Shown: positions 11,621-30,511 of the stretch, in pieces
How the letters are laid out: each line of letters starts with the position of its first letter
How positions within the stretch are numbered: position 1 is the stretch's first letter
Assembly (NCBI GenBank): GCA_951406725.2
Contig: OX597822.1
Span: 92,442,001-92,506,000, forward strand
Reading direction: 5' to 3'
DNA from: Octopus vulgaris
Taxonomy: Eukaryota
Length of the DNA stretch: 64,000 nucleotides
Program-made: the position numbers and the translations under genes
The notes under the pieces: model-generated
The model's database searches: none
Told to the model about the DNA's origin: nothing
What the model saw: the letters and a program-made list of their open reading frames with translations, nothing else

Positions 11621-12633
11621 TGGCCCTCTCAGATATGCCCGGATAGCCACTCTGGCAAGCTATGCAGATGATACGAAAGTCACGCAGAAAATACAGAACC
11701 CCAGCGATGTTGCATACCTGCAGCAGAAGTTGGACTCAATTTACAGATGGGCTGAGGATAATAATATGCAGTTTAATGCCGAAAAATTCCAAGCCCTGTG
11801 CTACCAGCATCCAAAGCTGAATATGAAACTTACAGGGTTCACCGGCCCACAGAGAATTTCAATCCCAGAGCCTAAGTCATTGAGGGTCCTGGGTATCGAT
11901 ATGAGTGAGGATACCTCTTTCCAAGTGCACATTACCAGGACAGCGACAAAGTGCAGACGACTAGCTTGATGGATCTTAAGAACATTCAGAACCAGAGATA
12001 AGGAAACCATGATGGTCCTCTGGCGGACATTTGTCCTCAGCCGCCTGGATTACTGCTCACAGCTATGGTCACCCAACACTGTGAAATTAACAGCAGACTT
12101 TGAAGCAATCCAGAGAAGATTCACAAAGAAGATCGTCTCTTTGCAACAGCTCAGCTACTGGGAAAGGTTGAAACAGCTAAGACTCTACTCCCCAAAGAGA
12201 AGATGGGAGAGGTATGCAGTAATATATATCTGGAAGATCCTGGAAGGAATTGTGCCAAATTTTGGCATTGAAAGCTACACCAATGCCAGAATGGGACGAC
12301 ACTGCATAGTGGATAAGATCCCAGCAATGCCATCACGTTTCAGGACCAGTTACTGCAACAGCCTGGGTTTCAAGGGCCCATAGCTTTTTAATATTCTCCC
12401 AAAGAGTCTGAGGAGCTTGCACAAAGTAGATGGAGTGGGTTTTAAATCAAAGCTGGACTTCTTCCTGTCGAGAGTCCCAGGTGAACCAACCTCACAGCAA
12501 GAGGTGCAAATGAGGGTAGCTATATCAAACTCTATTCTTCACCTAGTGTCACATATTAGAGGAGGTTCTTAGTAATAACAGTGTAGCAAAACGGCGGTGC
12601 ATCAGCATAGCCGCAGCTCTGAGCTGAAACTAG
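11621..12633 (+). mobile_element. CR1/L2-like LINE 3' fragment
   Basis: YADD motif, LDYCSQLWSP, in-frame stops; same subfamily as 3857-4517. Confidence 0.92.
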
Positions 12634-12849
12634 AAAAAAAAGGAAATATATATATATATATGTGTGTGTGTGTAGATATACCTATTAGGGTTAATTTTGT
12701 AGCCATACGTATATTTATTGATGCAGAAATGTAGTTTGTATGAATATACATGTTTGGATTAGTGTGTATGTATGAATGTTTGTTTGTGTATGTATATGTG
12801 TCTGTTTATGAGGATTGTAAGGGGTCATATGTATATATGCATGAATGTA

Positions 12850-12882
<33 letters not shown>

Positions 12883-14473
12883 GCATATATATATACATAT
12901 ATACGTGTATGTGAATATGTATTTTTATTTATATATTTATTGACAGTACACGATGGTTTTATCATCCACATTTATGTATGTATGCTTGTGTATATGCGAA
13001 TGGATGCCTAAGTATATCTATATGTATTCCATTATATGTAAGTTTACATTGTCCATCATATACTTTTTTGTTGAAGTATGCATAGATGTGTATGTATGTA
13101 TAAGTGCAATTCGTAAGTGTAAAATAAGATAGAAGATATAGTTGTTTTTGTTTACTTAATGCGTAACTTGGCAATGTTTTGTTTGTCGTAGCACACGTTT
13201 CCGTCGATTTCCTCTGTCGATTTCCGTAAAAAATGTAAACACTGAATTGGCCATACATACATACATACATACATACATACACACATACATACACACACAC
13301 ATACATACACACACACATACATACATACACACACACAAACATACATAGATACATACACACACACACATACATGCACACATACACCGAGTAAAAAATTACA
13401 CTGAATCGGCCATACATACATACATACACATACTTACACACACACACACACACATACATACACACACACATACATAGATACATACACACACACACATACA
13501 TATACACATACACCGAGTAAAAAATTTCAGTTATCTCTCTCTTTCACACATTACTCTCTCTGTCTCTTCGCACACACTAACAGAAGCACTTCACTTACAC
13601 AACATACTGTCTGTCTCCCACACCCCATCAAACACACACACGGGGACTTCAAAAAGAAATTCCCTCGTCATAAAATCGCTTCCTCTTAGTCTCTTTCGCT
13701 CTCATTACTTCAAATATTCCCGCAAAGCCATATGTAAAAAAATAAAAGTTTTTTACGGAAATCGACGGAAACGCGTGCTACGTCAAGCGAAACTTCGCCC
13801 ATAACTTTATAGGTAAGTATAAATCACTTCTTAGGTATAAATACAATCGAAGATATAGTTGTTTGTTTTTTGTAAATACCTATCCAAGTTTTAACATATA
13901 AATGAATGGACTTTTATTTAACAATCTATTTAGTTTAGATAAACTATTATTTTTTTTTTTTTTTTAATTCTTGAAAATTGTTTTGTCACAAATTTGGACT
14001 GTTAAAATAATAAGCCTCTTGTTGTTGCTTTTCTTTAATGCCATAATGAGATCAGCATATTATACTGAAATAAGCTATGTCTGAAGAATTCCTTCTGGTT
14101 CAAACACATTTAATGTTTCCCCAGGTTTCGTTCTGCTGTTTTGTCATGGAATTGACAGCATGTTAAATATCACAGATGAGATGTATTAATCTGCGGACAT
14201 GTTGTTACAGGCAGGCTTACAATATAATCTAAGATGTCTTTCGATCTATCTAACTAATATTCTGACCCCATATTGTTTTAAAACGGGCCCAAAGGATGCA
14301 TTTAAACGAATTAGCCAATTGGAAATAGATCATGAATTAAAGTGTCTGCTCCCTAACCCCAAACATATTTTTAAATATTTATTATGCATAAGTTAAATAG
14401 CCAATGATTTAAATGACCGCTCCCTAACCCCCAATATAATTTTAAATATTTTTAAATATTTAATATGCATAAA

Positions 14474-15161
14474 TATAAACACAAACCTTTGGACTAAATT
14501 CAGCTTGACATGGAGTTTAAGTTGCTACTCTGGTTTTAAAATTGAATTTGTTTGAATATGTGGATGTATTAATTTTAATATCATCATCATCATCATCATC
14601 GTCGTTTAGCGTCCGTTTTCCATGCTAGCATGGGTTGGACGGTTCTACTGGGGTCTGTGAAGCCAGAAGGCTTCATCAGGCCCAGTCAAATATGGCAGTG
14701 TTTCTACGGCTGGATGCCCTTCCTAACGCCAACCACTCCGTGAGTGTAGTGGGTGCTTTTTACGTGCCACCCGCACAGGTGCCAGACAGAGCTGGCAAAC
14801 AGCCACGAACGGATGGTGCTTTTTATGTGCCACCGGCACAAGGGCCAGGCGAGGCCCTTGTATATAACAAAAACGTAAACATTGCGAATTAAGCTCAGCT
14901 TAGACATAAAGTTTGGATTTACTTTCTGGATTCTATAGTTGGATTTGTTCGCGTAACGTGGATGTATTAAATAATATCTAGATAAATTTAATATGCATAT
15001 AACAGAGACATATACACTGTGGACCTAACCTAGCTTAGACATATAGTTTGGGTTTACTATTTTGGATTCTAAAATTGAATTTGTTCATGTTACGTGGATG
15101 CATTAAGTAATATCTAGATTATGTTTGTCTGATTAATAAACTCATACGTAAATATTTTGTT

Positions 15162-15210
<49 letters not shown>

Positions 15211-15250
15211 ATGTGTGAATATTTATATTTCGAACCTTGTATCATGAATT
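14474..15250 (+). repeat. Interspersed repeat with internal ~130-bp tandem units; contains an RTE 3' fragment at 14581-14858
   Basis: Direct copy at 56240-56702 lacks the RTE insertion. Confidence 0.8.
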
Positions 15251-15520
15251 TTTGTTATGTTAGTAAACATGAATATAGTACGTATAATCTGTTTAGGATT
15301 ATCGTTAAAGCAATAATACTGTTGGTACTGTTAAATGTGGTAGTGTATATATATTAGAATGTATTTACTTGACTATACGACACATGATATACCCAATGTA
15401 ATGTAATATATTGTTCAATGTTGTTCTTTATGTATTTTGAGCATGTGAATAGTATGTACAATTTGCCTATGTATGTATATGTATGTATATTTTATATATA
15501 TATATATATACATATATACA

Positions 15521-15751
15521 CTTTTACTTGTTTCAGTCATTTTGACTGCGACCATGCTGGAGCTCCGCCTTTAGTCGAGCAACTCGACCCCGGGACTTAT
15601 TCTTTGTAAGCTCAGTACTTATTCTATCGGTCTCTTTTGCCGAACCGCTAAGTGACGGGGACGTAAACACACCAGCATCGGTTGTCAAGTAATGCTAGAG
15701 TGACAAACACAGACACACAAACATATATATATATATATATTATATTAAATT

Positions 15752-15809
<58 letters not shown>

Positions 15810-15971
15810 GACAGGCTTCTTTCAGTTTCCGTCTACCAAATCCACTCACAAGGCTTTGGTCGGCCCGAGGCTATAGCAGAAGACACTTGCCCAAGATGCC
15901 ACGCAGTGGGACTGAACTCGGAACCATGTGGTTGGTTAGCAAGCTACTTAACACACAGCCACTCCTGCGCC
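15521..15971 (-). mobile_element. Full-length tRNA-derived SINE
   Basis: A-box/B-box head, internal microsatellite and LINE-like tail. Confidence 0.92.
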
Positions 15972-16131
15972 TATATATATATGTGTGTGTGTGTGTGTAT
16001 ATATATATATGTATATATGTATATGTATATATTTTGGATATTTGTTTTATTATTTATTTGTATATATTGGATAATAAGTGCAGCATGTTTTGTATATCAA
16101 TATGATTATTATACTTTTCAAGTTAATTATA

Positions 16132-16263
16132 TCCTCTGACAAGGCCTATGGTTCTTTTAACATATAAGTATAATTTTTAATGCCTAAAACCATAATATAC
16201 TGACATCTATAGGCAATATAAGTTGAATTGATTGTTGACCATAGGCTGAAACAGCTGTAAGGA
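16132..16263 (+). ncRNA. Type I hammerhead motif with G8 mutated to A
   Basis: tcct-CTGACAA-ggcctatggt...accataggct-GAAAC-agct-GTA-agga; palindrome ACAGCTGT. Confidence 0.8.
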
Positions 16264-16775
16264 GTAGTTTATGAATTTCAATAATTTATAAAATGACTAT
16301 TAAAATATGTATTTCTATTATTTTTATTATTATATTACCTATTGATTTATATAATGTTTTGTTTGATTTTGTTGTTTCCATTTGTATAATTAATAAATAA
16401 AGTAAAATTGTAATATCCATAAGTTGATGAACGAGATGAATTTGATTCTTTATTTTCTTATTTGTATTATGAATTTACGGTAAAAATAATTTTTACCTTC
16501 ACCCATTTAAGACAATAAATGAATGAATTGCATTGCAATTAAAAGCGTATATATATATATATACACTTTTAATTGCAATGCAATTCATTCATTTATTCAT
16601 TTATATATATTATATATATATATATATATATTATATTATATTATATTATATATATATTATATTACATATATATATATATTATATATATATTATGTTATAT
16701 ATATATTATATATATATTATGTTATATATATATTATATATATATTATGTTATATATATATTATATATATATTATT

Positions 16776-18547
16776 ACTGCAGAGATGCTCAAAATATCTG
16801 GTAGTGTCGGCTATAGCATAGTCACCCATATAGTTAACCAGGTGATACACGAAGGAGTCATACCCAATGACTGGTGTAGCAGCATAATAGTCAACTGCTA
16901 CAAAGGTAAAGGTGACGCCCTAGATACAAATAACTACAGGGGCATCAAGCTGCTGGATCAGGTAATGAAGGTTACGGAGAGGGTTATAGCCCAATTAATT
17001 AGAGAGAGAGTTAGCTTAGATGAGATGCAGTCTGGGTTCGTGCCAGGGAAAAGTACTACTGATGCTATATTCCTGGTAAGACAGCTGCAGGAGAAATACC
17101 TAGCCAAACATAAGCCCTTGTACCTGGCTTTTGTTGACATGGAGAAAGCCTTTGACAGGGTCCCCCGATCCCTTATCTGGTGGTCAATGAGGAAACTAGG
17201 GATAGATGAATGGATAGTGAGAGCTGTGCGAGCCATGTACAGAGACGCTGCTAGTAAGGTGAGGGTTGGCAACGAGTACAGTGAAGAATTCCGGGTAGAG
17301 GTTGGGGTCCACCAAGGTTCAGTCCTCAGTCCCCTCCTATTTATCATAGTCCTCTAGGCAATAACGGAGGAATTCAAGACAGGATGCCCTGGGAGCTCCT
17401 CTATGCTGATGACCTTGCTCTAATTGCTGAGTCACTATCAGAACTGGAGTTTCAGGTGTGGAAACAAGGATTAAAATCGAAGGGCCTTAGAATCAACCTA
17501 GCCAAAACCAAAGTCCTAATAAGTAGGAAGGTAGACCAATCACAAACGACTTCAGGTAGATAGCCCTGCTCGATCTGTAAAAAAGGTGTAGGTAGAAACT
17601 CTATAAGGTGCACCAAGTGTAAGCTATGGACACATAAGAGGTGCAGCAATGTCAAAGGAAGGCTAACTAGGAAAATAGTTTTTGTCTGTGGCAGATGCTC
17701 AGGAGCAATAAACACTGGAAATGTGCAGAGACCAAATGTGCAGAGAAAAGTTGAACCTAAGAAGCATCAGTTGTGGTGTGCAAGAGAGACGGCTGCGCTG
17801 GTATGGTCATGTGACAAGAATGGCTGAAGATAGTTGTGTGCAAAAGTGATACACCCTAGCAGTTGAGGGAACCTGTGGAAGAGGTAGACCCAGGAAAACC
17901 TGGGACGAGGTGGTGAAGCACGACCTTCGAACTTTAGGTCTCACCAAGGAAATGACTAGAGACCGAGACCTATGGAAGTATGCTGTGCGTGAGAAGACCC
18001 GGCAAGACTAGTCAGGCCATAACCCGTGGCCCCTACCTGGGACGTAGTCAGTCCACCTGTGCATACCTTCCTTCTTGTGACACTTGTGAAGACCTGTTGA
18101 GGCAAGTGAAAATCAAACCAAATCAAAATAGATGAACATCAATGGAATTTGTATCTTTGTGGTACCAGTGCCGGTGGCACATAAGAAAACCATCCGAACG
18201 TGGCCGTAGCCAGTACCGCATAGACTGGCCTCCGTGCTGTGGGCACGTAACAAACACCATCCGATCGTGGCCGTTCGCCAGCCTCGTCTGGCACCTGTGT
18301 CGGTGGCACATAAAAAAAACACCATCCGAGCGTGGCCGTCTGCCAGCCTCGTCTGGCACCTGTGTCGGTGGCACATAAAATCACCCACTACACTATCGGA
18401 GTGGTTGGCGTTAGGAAGGGCATCCAGCTGTAGAAACACTGCCAGATCCGACTGGCCTGGTGCAGCCTTCGGGCTCCCCAGACCCCAGTTGAACCGTCCA
18501 ACCCATGCTAGCATGGGAAGCGGACGTTAAATGATGATGATGATGAT
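16776..18547 (+). mobile_element. RTE-clade LINE, 5'-truncated: RT, PHD finger, tandem-repeat 3' UTR, (ATG)n tail
   Basis: YRGIKLL, FVDMEKAFD, GVHQGSVLSP, YADD; stops, a frameshift and an internal deletion. Confidence 0.95.
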
Positions 18548-18588
18548 TATATATATATTATATATATATGTGTGTGTGCATATATATA

Positions 18589-18620
<32 letters not shown>

Positions 18621-18639
18621 CATATATAATATATATATA

Positions 18640-19110
18640 TAGAAAAATATAACCTATCTTATCGAAGGATTTTCAAAAATCCTTCGATAAGATAATTTAT
18701 ATTTTTATTTTAAGAAATATTGTTTAATGCTTTTCGATTATTTATAGTTAATACATGTATTTTTATATATTTATTTGATAATTAGTATATTTTTTATTAC
18801 TTCATATCTTAAACCTGATGAGTGCCAATATATTTAAATAGAATTAATTTTAGTTCGATTTAATTTTAAATCGAATTGATTTTATTATTACTATTTATTT
18901 GAAAATATAGCCACGATATGCACATAGTCTTTTTACTACTATTTACTATTTATCGTACTTTATTGATTTTTAGAATAAGGTCTTTTTTATAGTATATGTT
19001 CTCCATATGGTGTGAATAACATCTTTCTTTATTGAATTGTGTAATAGATCTTTTTCTCTAAATTGTTTAATTGAATTTTTCCCTGTAAGTTTTGGAATTA
19101 AATTCTCTAC
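18640..19110 (+). mobile_element. PLE 3'/pLTR fragment with a decayed hammerhead (18811-18930) and a 5' snap-back hairpin
   Basis: Homologous to the reverse complement of 46060-46440. Confidence 0.75.
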
Positions 19111-19137
19111 TATTATTATAATATAGATATATACATT

Positions 19138-19171
<34 letters not shown>

Positions 19172-19371
19172 ATAAATACATGCATGTATATATACATATA
19201 AATAATATATACATGCATATATATATCTATATACATATATATATATACATATATATATGTATATACATATATATATGTATACATATATATGTATATAAAT
19301 ATATATATATACATATATATATATATACATATACATATATATATATACATATATGTATATATATGCATATA

Positions 19372-19449
19372 CAGCAGAAATTCAACAAAACCTGTTACTC
19401 GGAGTTTCACGTTCCCGTTCGTCAGACAGGTTTTGTTGAATTTCTGCTG
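19372..19449 (-). ncRNA. Intact type I hammerhead ribozyme; predicted cleavage between 19396 and 19395
   Basis: Perfect 24-bp stem I; CUGACGA; stem II ACG-GGAA-CGU; GAAA; stem III ACU-CCG-AGU; GUA triplet. Confidence 0.92.
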
Positions 19450-19535
19450 CTTTTAAATGTCCAACGAACGGGAACGGGAAACTCCGAGTATATATTTATA
19501 TATATATACACATACATATATACATATCTATACAT

Positions 19536-19578
<43 letters not shown>

Positions 19579-19612
19579 CATACATACATACATACATATC
19601 TATATATATACA

Positions 19613-20408
19613 CTAGCAGTATAGCCCACTTAAAATGGCAGGCTTTGGTGTCGCGTTAACAAAGTTTTGACATAGTTTCAATCTATAATTAAATGTATAG
19701 TGTGGTGATGCTCAAGTTTGCTCTGAATGTGCTGCAAATGTGTAATGCCAACTTCAATTGTTGGTTAATATTCCTTCTATTGACATTATGGAGAAAAAAT
19801 TACCCATAGATTTAAAGCAAAATGAAGCTCAAGTTTCGAACTGCACTGAAAAATCTATTAAGAAGTTAACACTGCAACAGTATTCATTAAGAAAAAGTAC
19901 AGGAAAATCCAAAACCTTAGTAAGAACAGTTTGTGGTTACAAAAAAAAACAAAAAATGATATTTTGAAGCCAAACAGGTGGGCAACATGAATCATAGTTG
20001 TACCTGTAAAATGAATAAAATCGACTATTTTACATCACGTATAACTAAAAAAAATCTGTAAAATCAAAACACACCCATTGAAGGTTTGACTTGAACATCA
20101 TAGATAGTAACAGCATGCAGATTGCACTTTTTCTGGTTGAAATACACCAAAAAATGGTGATACAGCAGTAAAAAAATCGTAAAAAAAGGGGCTTTTCATA
20201 GAAAAAAAGCACCTTTTAGATATAAATAATTTTTGGTCTTAACATGGTCCAAATTGAATCTTTTCTTCTACGGAATGTAGAGCAAGCCTTCTATCTAAGT
20301 CTCAATTTTGGTCAACTTGCGCTGCAGGCTCTTGGAGGAGATGGTGTTAATTGAAGGCTACCAAACCTGCCGCACACACACAGACAACTTCAGCTTTATA
20401 TATATAGA
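19613..20408 (-). mobile_element. Non-autonomous Helitron-like element
   Basis: Minus strand begins a|TCTATATATATAAAGC and ends CTAG|t; no TSD; subterminal hairpin not evident. Confidence 0.7.
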
Positions 20409-20841
20409 TAGATATATGTATATACATATACATGTATATATACACACACATATGTATACACATATATATATATATAGACACACATATGTATATACATGTA
20501 CATGTATATACACACACATATATATACACACACATACAAATACATATATAGACACACATATATACATATGTATATACATATTTACATATATGTATACACA
20601 CACACATATATATATACATATATATGTATATATATACATATATATATATATATGCATACACACACACACACACACATATACATATGTACATATATATACA
20701 CACATGTATATATATGTATGTGTATATATATATATATATATATATAATGCGTATATATGTGTGTATATATATATATATACACACATATATACGCATTATA
20801 TATATATATACATATATATAGCATATATATACATATACATA

Positions 20842-21017
20842 GGCGCAGGAGTGGCTGTGTGGTAAGTAGCTTGCAACACTAACCACATGGTTCCGGGTTC
20901 AGTCCCCACTGCGTGGCATCTTGGCAAGTGTCTTCTGCTATAGCCCCGGGCCGACCAAAGCCTTGTGAGTGGATTTGGTAGACAGAAACTGAAAGAAGCC
21001 TGTCGTATATATGTATG

Positions 21018-21100
<83 letters not shown>

Positions 21101-21304
21101 TTGTCCCCCTAGCATTGATTGACAACGATTGCTGGTGTGTTTATGTCCCCGTCACTTAGCGGTTCGGCAAAAGAGACCAATAGAATAAGTACTAGGCTTA
21201 CAAAGAATAAGTCCCGGGGTCGATTTGCTCGACTGAAGGCGGTGCTCCAGCATGGCCACAGTCAAATGACTGAAACAAGTAAAAGAGTAAAAGAGAGTAA
21301 AGAG
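20842..21304 (+). mobile_element. Full-length tRNA-derived SINE
   Basis: TGGCTGTGTGG A-box, GGTTCAGTCC B-box, internal (TA)n, (GAGTAAAA)n tail. Confidence 0.93.
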
Positions 21305-21313
21305 TATATACAC

Positions 21314-21349
<36 letters not shown>

Positions 21350-23040
21350 TGTATATATAGACTTAGTGAAACTATTAAAAGTGAAAGTACTTATAATTTC
21401 GTTGAAGGTTTCACTATTATTCTTCAAGGTTTTAGACCTAAAACGGAACCAGTACCAATGTTGCATTGTTTTAACCCAATAAAAAAATTACGTTGACACT
21501 CCTGGGGTCTCATAGTATAACAATGTAAAATCTGATTTGTGAATGCATTGGGAACAGACAGAGATACAAAGGTTTATATATATAGACTAGTGAAATAAAT
21601 AGAAATAATTATATATACTTGAGAGAAAAAGGAAATTTCATATTTCATAAATTTTCTCATTTCTATTTTGATGCATAAATTCATGGAGCTTTGTAATATT
21701 GATTTATTTATATTGTTTCATTATGTTTAATATTTTGACTGTATCATCACTTGCATTCAACATATTAAGTTGTTCAAAGTGTAATATTTGAATTTGTGTC
21801 ATTATGTCAAAGATTTCTATGAGGTTTTCAACTTCATATTTGAGAATGCCTCCTAGTTCTGTTATTGAAACTTCCATGAATTAAAACTTTCCACCAAATT
21901 TTCATGTAAATTTATGTTTTAAATACCCGCTTAATAATGACAAATTATTTTGTTAAAGTTGGCATTATCTTCAAAATTAATCGACATGAAAGACACTATA
22001 TTTCAACAGAAATATACTAACAAAAGGGTTAAATTGTTTGAAGAGTAATATTCAAAATACATAAATGTAAAAATGGAGTCAAAAATATAATATAATTTCA
22101 CTGATACAGTGAAATATATTATTACTTCACTGATATAGTGAAGCAGTGTATCAGTTACCAGGTCATAGACACACAACAAAAATAATTTGATAATTAACAA
22201 TGCACATCATCATTATGATTACTACTACTACTATTACTACTACAATAGTGGTGGATTGGCAGAATCATTACAGTGTCAGAAAAAATGCCTAGCAGTGTGT
22301 GTTTCCAAGTTCAAATCTCACCAAGGTCCACTTGGTACCAGTCAAGTACTGAAATTAATACGATTGACTATTGCTCTCTCTAAAATTTCTGGTGTGATGT
22401 CTAAGTTTAAAACGACTGTTATTACAAAATAAGAATAAAATAAGTATAACATTATATTTTAATGGTTATGATCACTCTACCAAAATACCTAAATACAAAT
22501 ACAAACGCATATAGTAATGTTTTTAAACAAACTAATAAAATAGCCTCTACCTGATCTCTCAACCTGTTAGAAATAGCAGCCATATATCCCACAGACCATA
22601 CCGTACTGTCTTGAAAAGATAAACAGGACACAGAGGATAGTCATAGACACACCTATAATGACAGACTGGTCATAAATGGCCACCTTCGATCACAGAGCTC
22701 CACTTACAGGATAGATGCAGGGTGAAAGGGCTAAATAATAACATTTGTTATACATTATTAGGTTTGAAGGATATTCATTACAAAGTAGAAATCAAAATCA
22801 GCATCATGCAGTCGCTGCAGGTGATGATGGAATGATGGAAACAGTAATGAAAAAGCAACACTCAAATATTTCAGAACCTCAGCAACTGTTGTAAAAATGT
22901 CCTTGACAATATGCCAAAAGCAATGGAAGTTTAGACTTCTGTCCATTAAAAATAAATGAAGGAGGGCAGAAGAGTTGTGAAGATTATACAAATAAATCGC
23001 AACTTGACATCACTATGTTATAAATTATAATGTAAATTTC

Positions 23041-29095
<6,055 letters not shown>

Positions 29096-29267
29096 GATAT
29101 CCAACAGAAAACATAAGAGAATTTGTACTAATCTAAGCTACATAGTATATACGAGAAATTGGCTGGTAAGGAAGCTGTATGGGAGAGGAAGATTAAATGG
29201 CATTACATGAAAATAAACTAAAACAAAGATTAAAAAAACTTCTGTTTTCACTTCCAGCAATAAGAAA

Positions 29268-29315
<48 letters not shown>

Positions 29316-29431
29316 TAGAAACATTCTTGGCATATTTATTGTACGGACATTGAAAATTTATGTAATAGGAGGGATTTTTATTTGTACATGCCCTAATCAA
29401 GATGGTGACAGGAGGTAAATTTAAGAAATAC

Positions 29432-29790
29432 CTTGTGCAAGTCGTTCCAACCTTCTTCCATGTTCAGGTGGGATAGCATACCAGGATTTTGGTGCTCCAT
29501 AATGAATATAGTTGATACTGTATAAGTCCATATCTTCAGTGTGCCAAGCAAATGTGGTTTTCCACATGCCAAAATAAAGATATGCAGTGTTGACACCTTC
29601 AATCTTGATCCCATAATCCTCATTAACATGGTCTAATATGGTTCCTAACCTATTGATGTTCCAATAATCTTGGTCTTCATCATATAAACTGCCAGAAATA
29701 TCTGCTCCATATACAGGAGCAACAAATGTAATGTTTTTCCAATACTTTCTCTCCAACTCTTCATAGTCACTATGCCGAGGAGTATGATAG
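29432..29790 (-). CDS. KDM4: KDM4 coding exon 3, JmjC core (...YGAD...[15 protein letters not shown]...PKSWY...), 359 nt
   Basis: tctttttcag acceptor, G|gtattt donor; HxE Fe ligands and 2-oxoglutarate-binding Y, N and K residues present. Confidence 0.97.
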
Positions 29791-30453
29791 CTGAAAAAGA
29801 TAAAAATGAAAATAAACAGAACACAATTTGACAAGATAGTCCACAGACAGTTTTTTTTTTTTTTTTTATTTATTCTTGCTTCATTAAAGTCTGAATAGAT
29901 ACTAACAGTAACACCTCTAACTACACTGCCTCTAGTATCAATTTTATCAACACTATTTAATCAAGGAACTAAAACAATATTAAGATAATCAATAATTATT
30001 TGATCAAATGCTTACACTTTTCAGCAGGAGGGGGTTTTATAAGTCATTAAATACCCAGAATATTCCTCTAAATTATTCTTTCAACACTAAACCTTCTAGA
30101 TTAGGACCTCAAACCATAAAGTGCTAAACTTGAGACTGTAAAGCATGAATATATTCTTATTATTTCAGTGCTTCCTATCTATTTCCTATCTATAATTAAC
30201 AAGTAATAAATATGGTGATGAATACACATGCCACAACAGTAGCAGTACAGTTAGCACAGTACACAAAACAGTGCTTTATTTTACTTCAGCACTTTAATTT
30301 GCTTCATGGCATAGGTATGGCTGTGTGGTTTAGAAGCTTACATCCTATCTATGTAGTCTCAGGTTCAGTCCCACTGCACAGCATCTTGGGCAAGTGTTTT
30401 CTACTATAACCCCAGACCAACAAAAGCCTTGTGAGTGGATTTGGTTGAAGACT

Positions 30454-30484
<31 letters not shown>

Positions 30485-30511
30485 CACACGCACACATATG
30501 CACACACACAC

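Noticed and set aside
13120-13800. Inverted ~35-bp match (gtagcacacgtttccgtcgatttcc vs ggaaatcgacggaaacgcgtgctac)
   Set aside because: The match is real and contains GAAAC-GCGT, but there is no CTGANGA core; probably a rearranged Helitron-like repeat that I cannot delimit.
20842-20915. tRNA gene
   Set aside because: The A and B boxes belong to a multi-copy SINE head; I could not draw a complete cloverleaf.
21880-22032. piggyBac-like terminus (aaaaGGG-TTAA)
   Set aside because: No matching left end found, so not listed as a feature.
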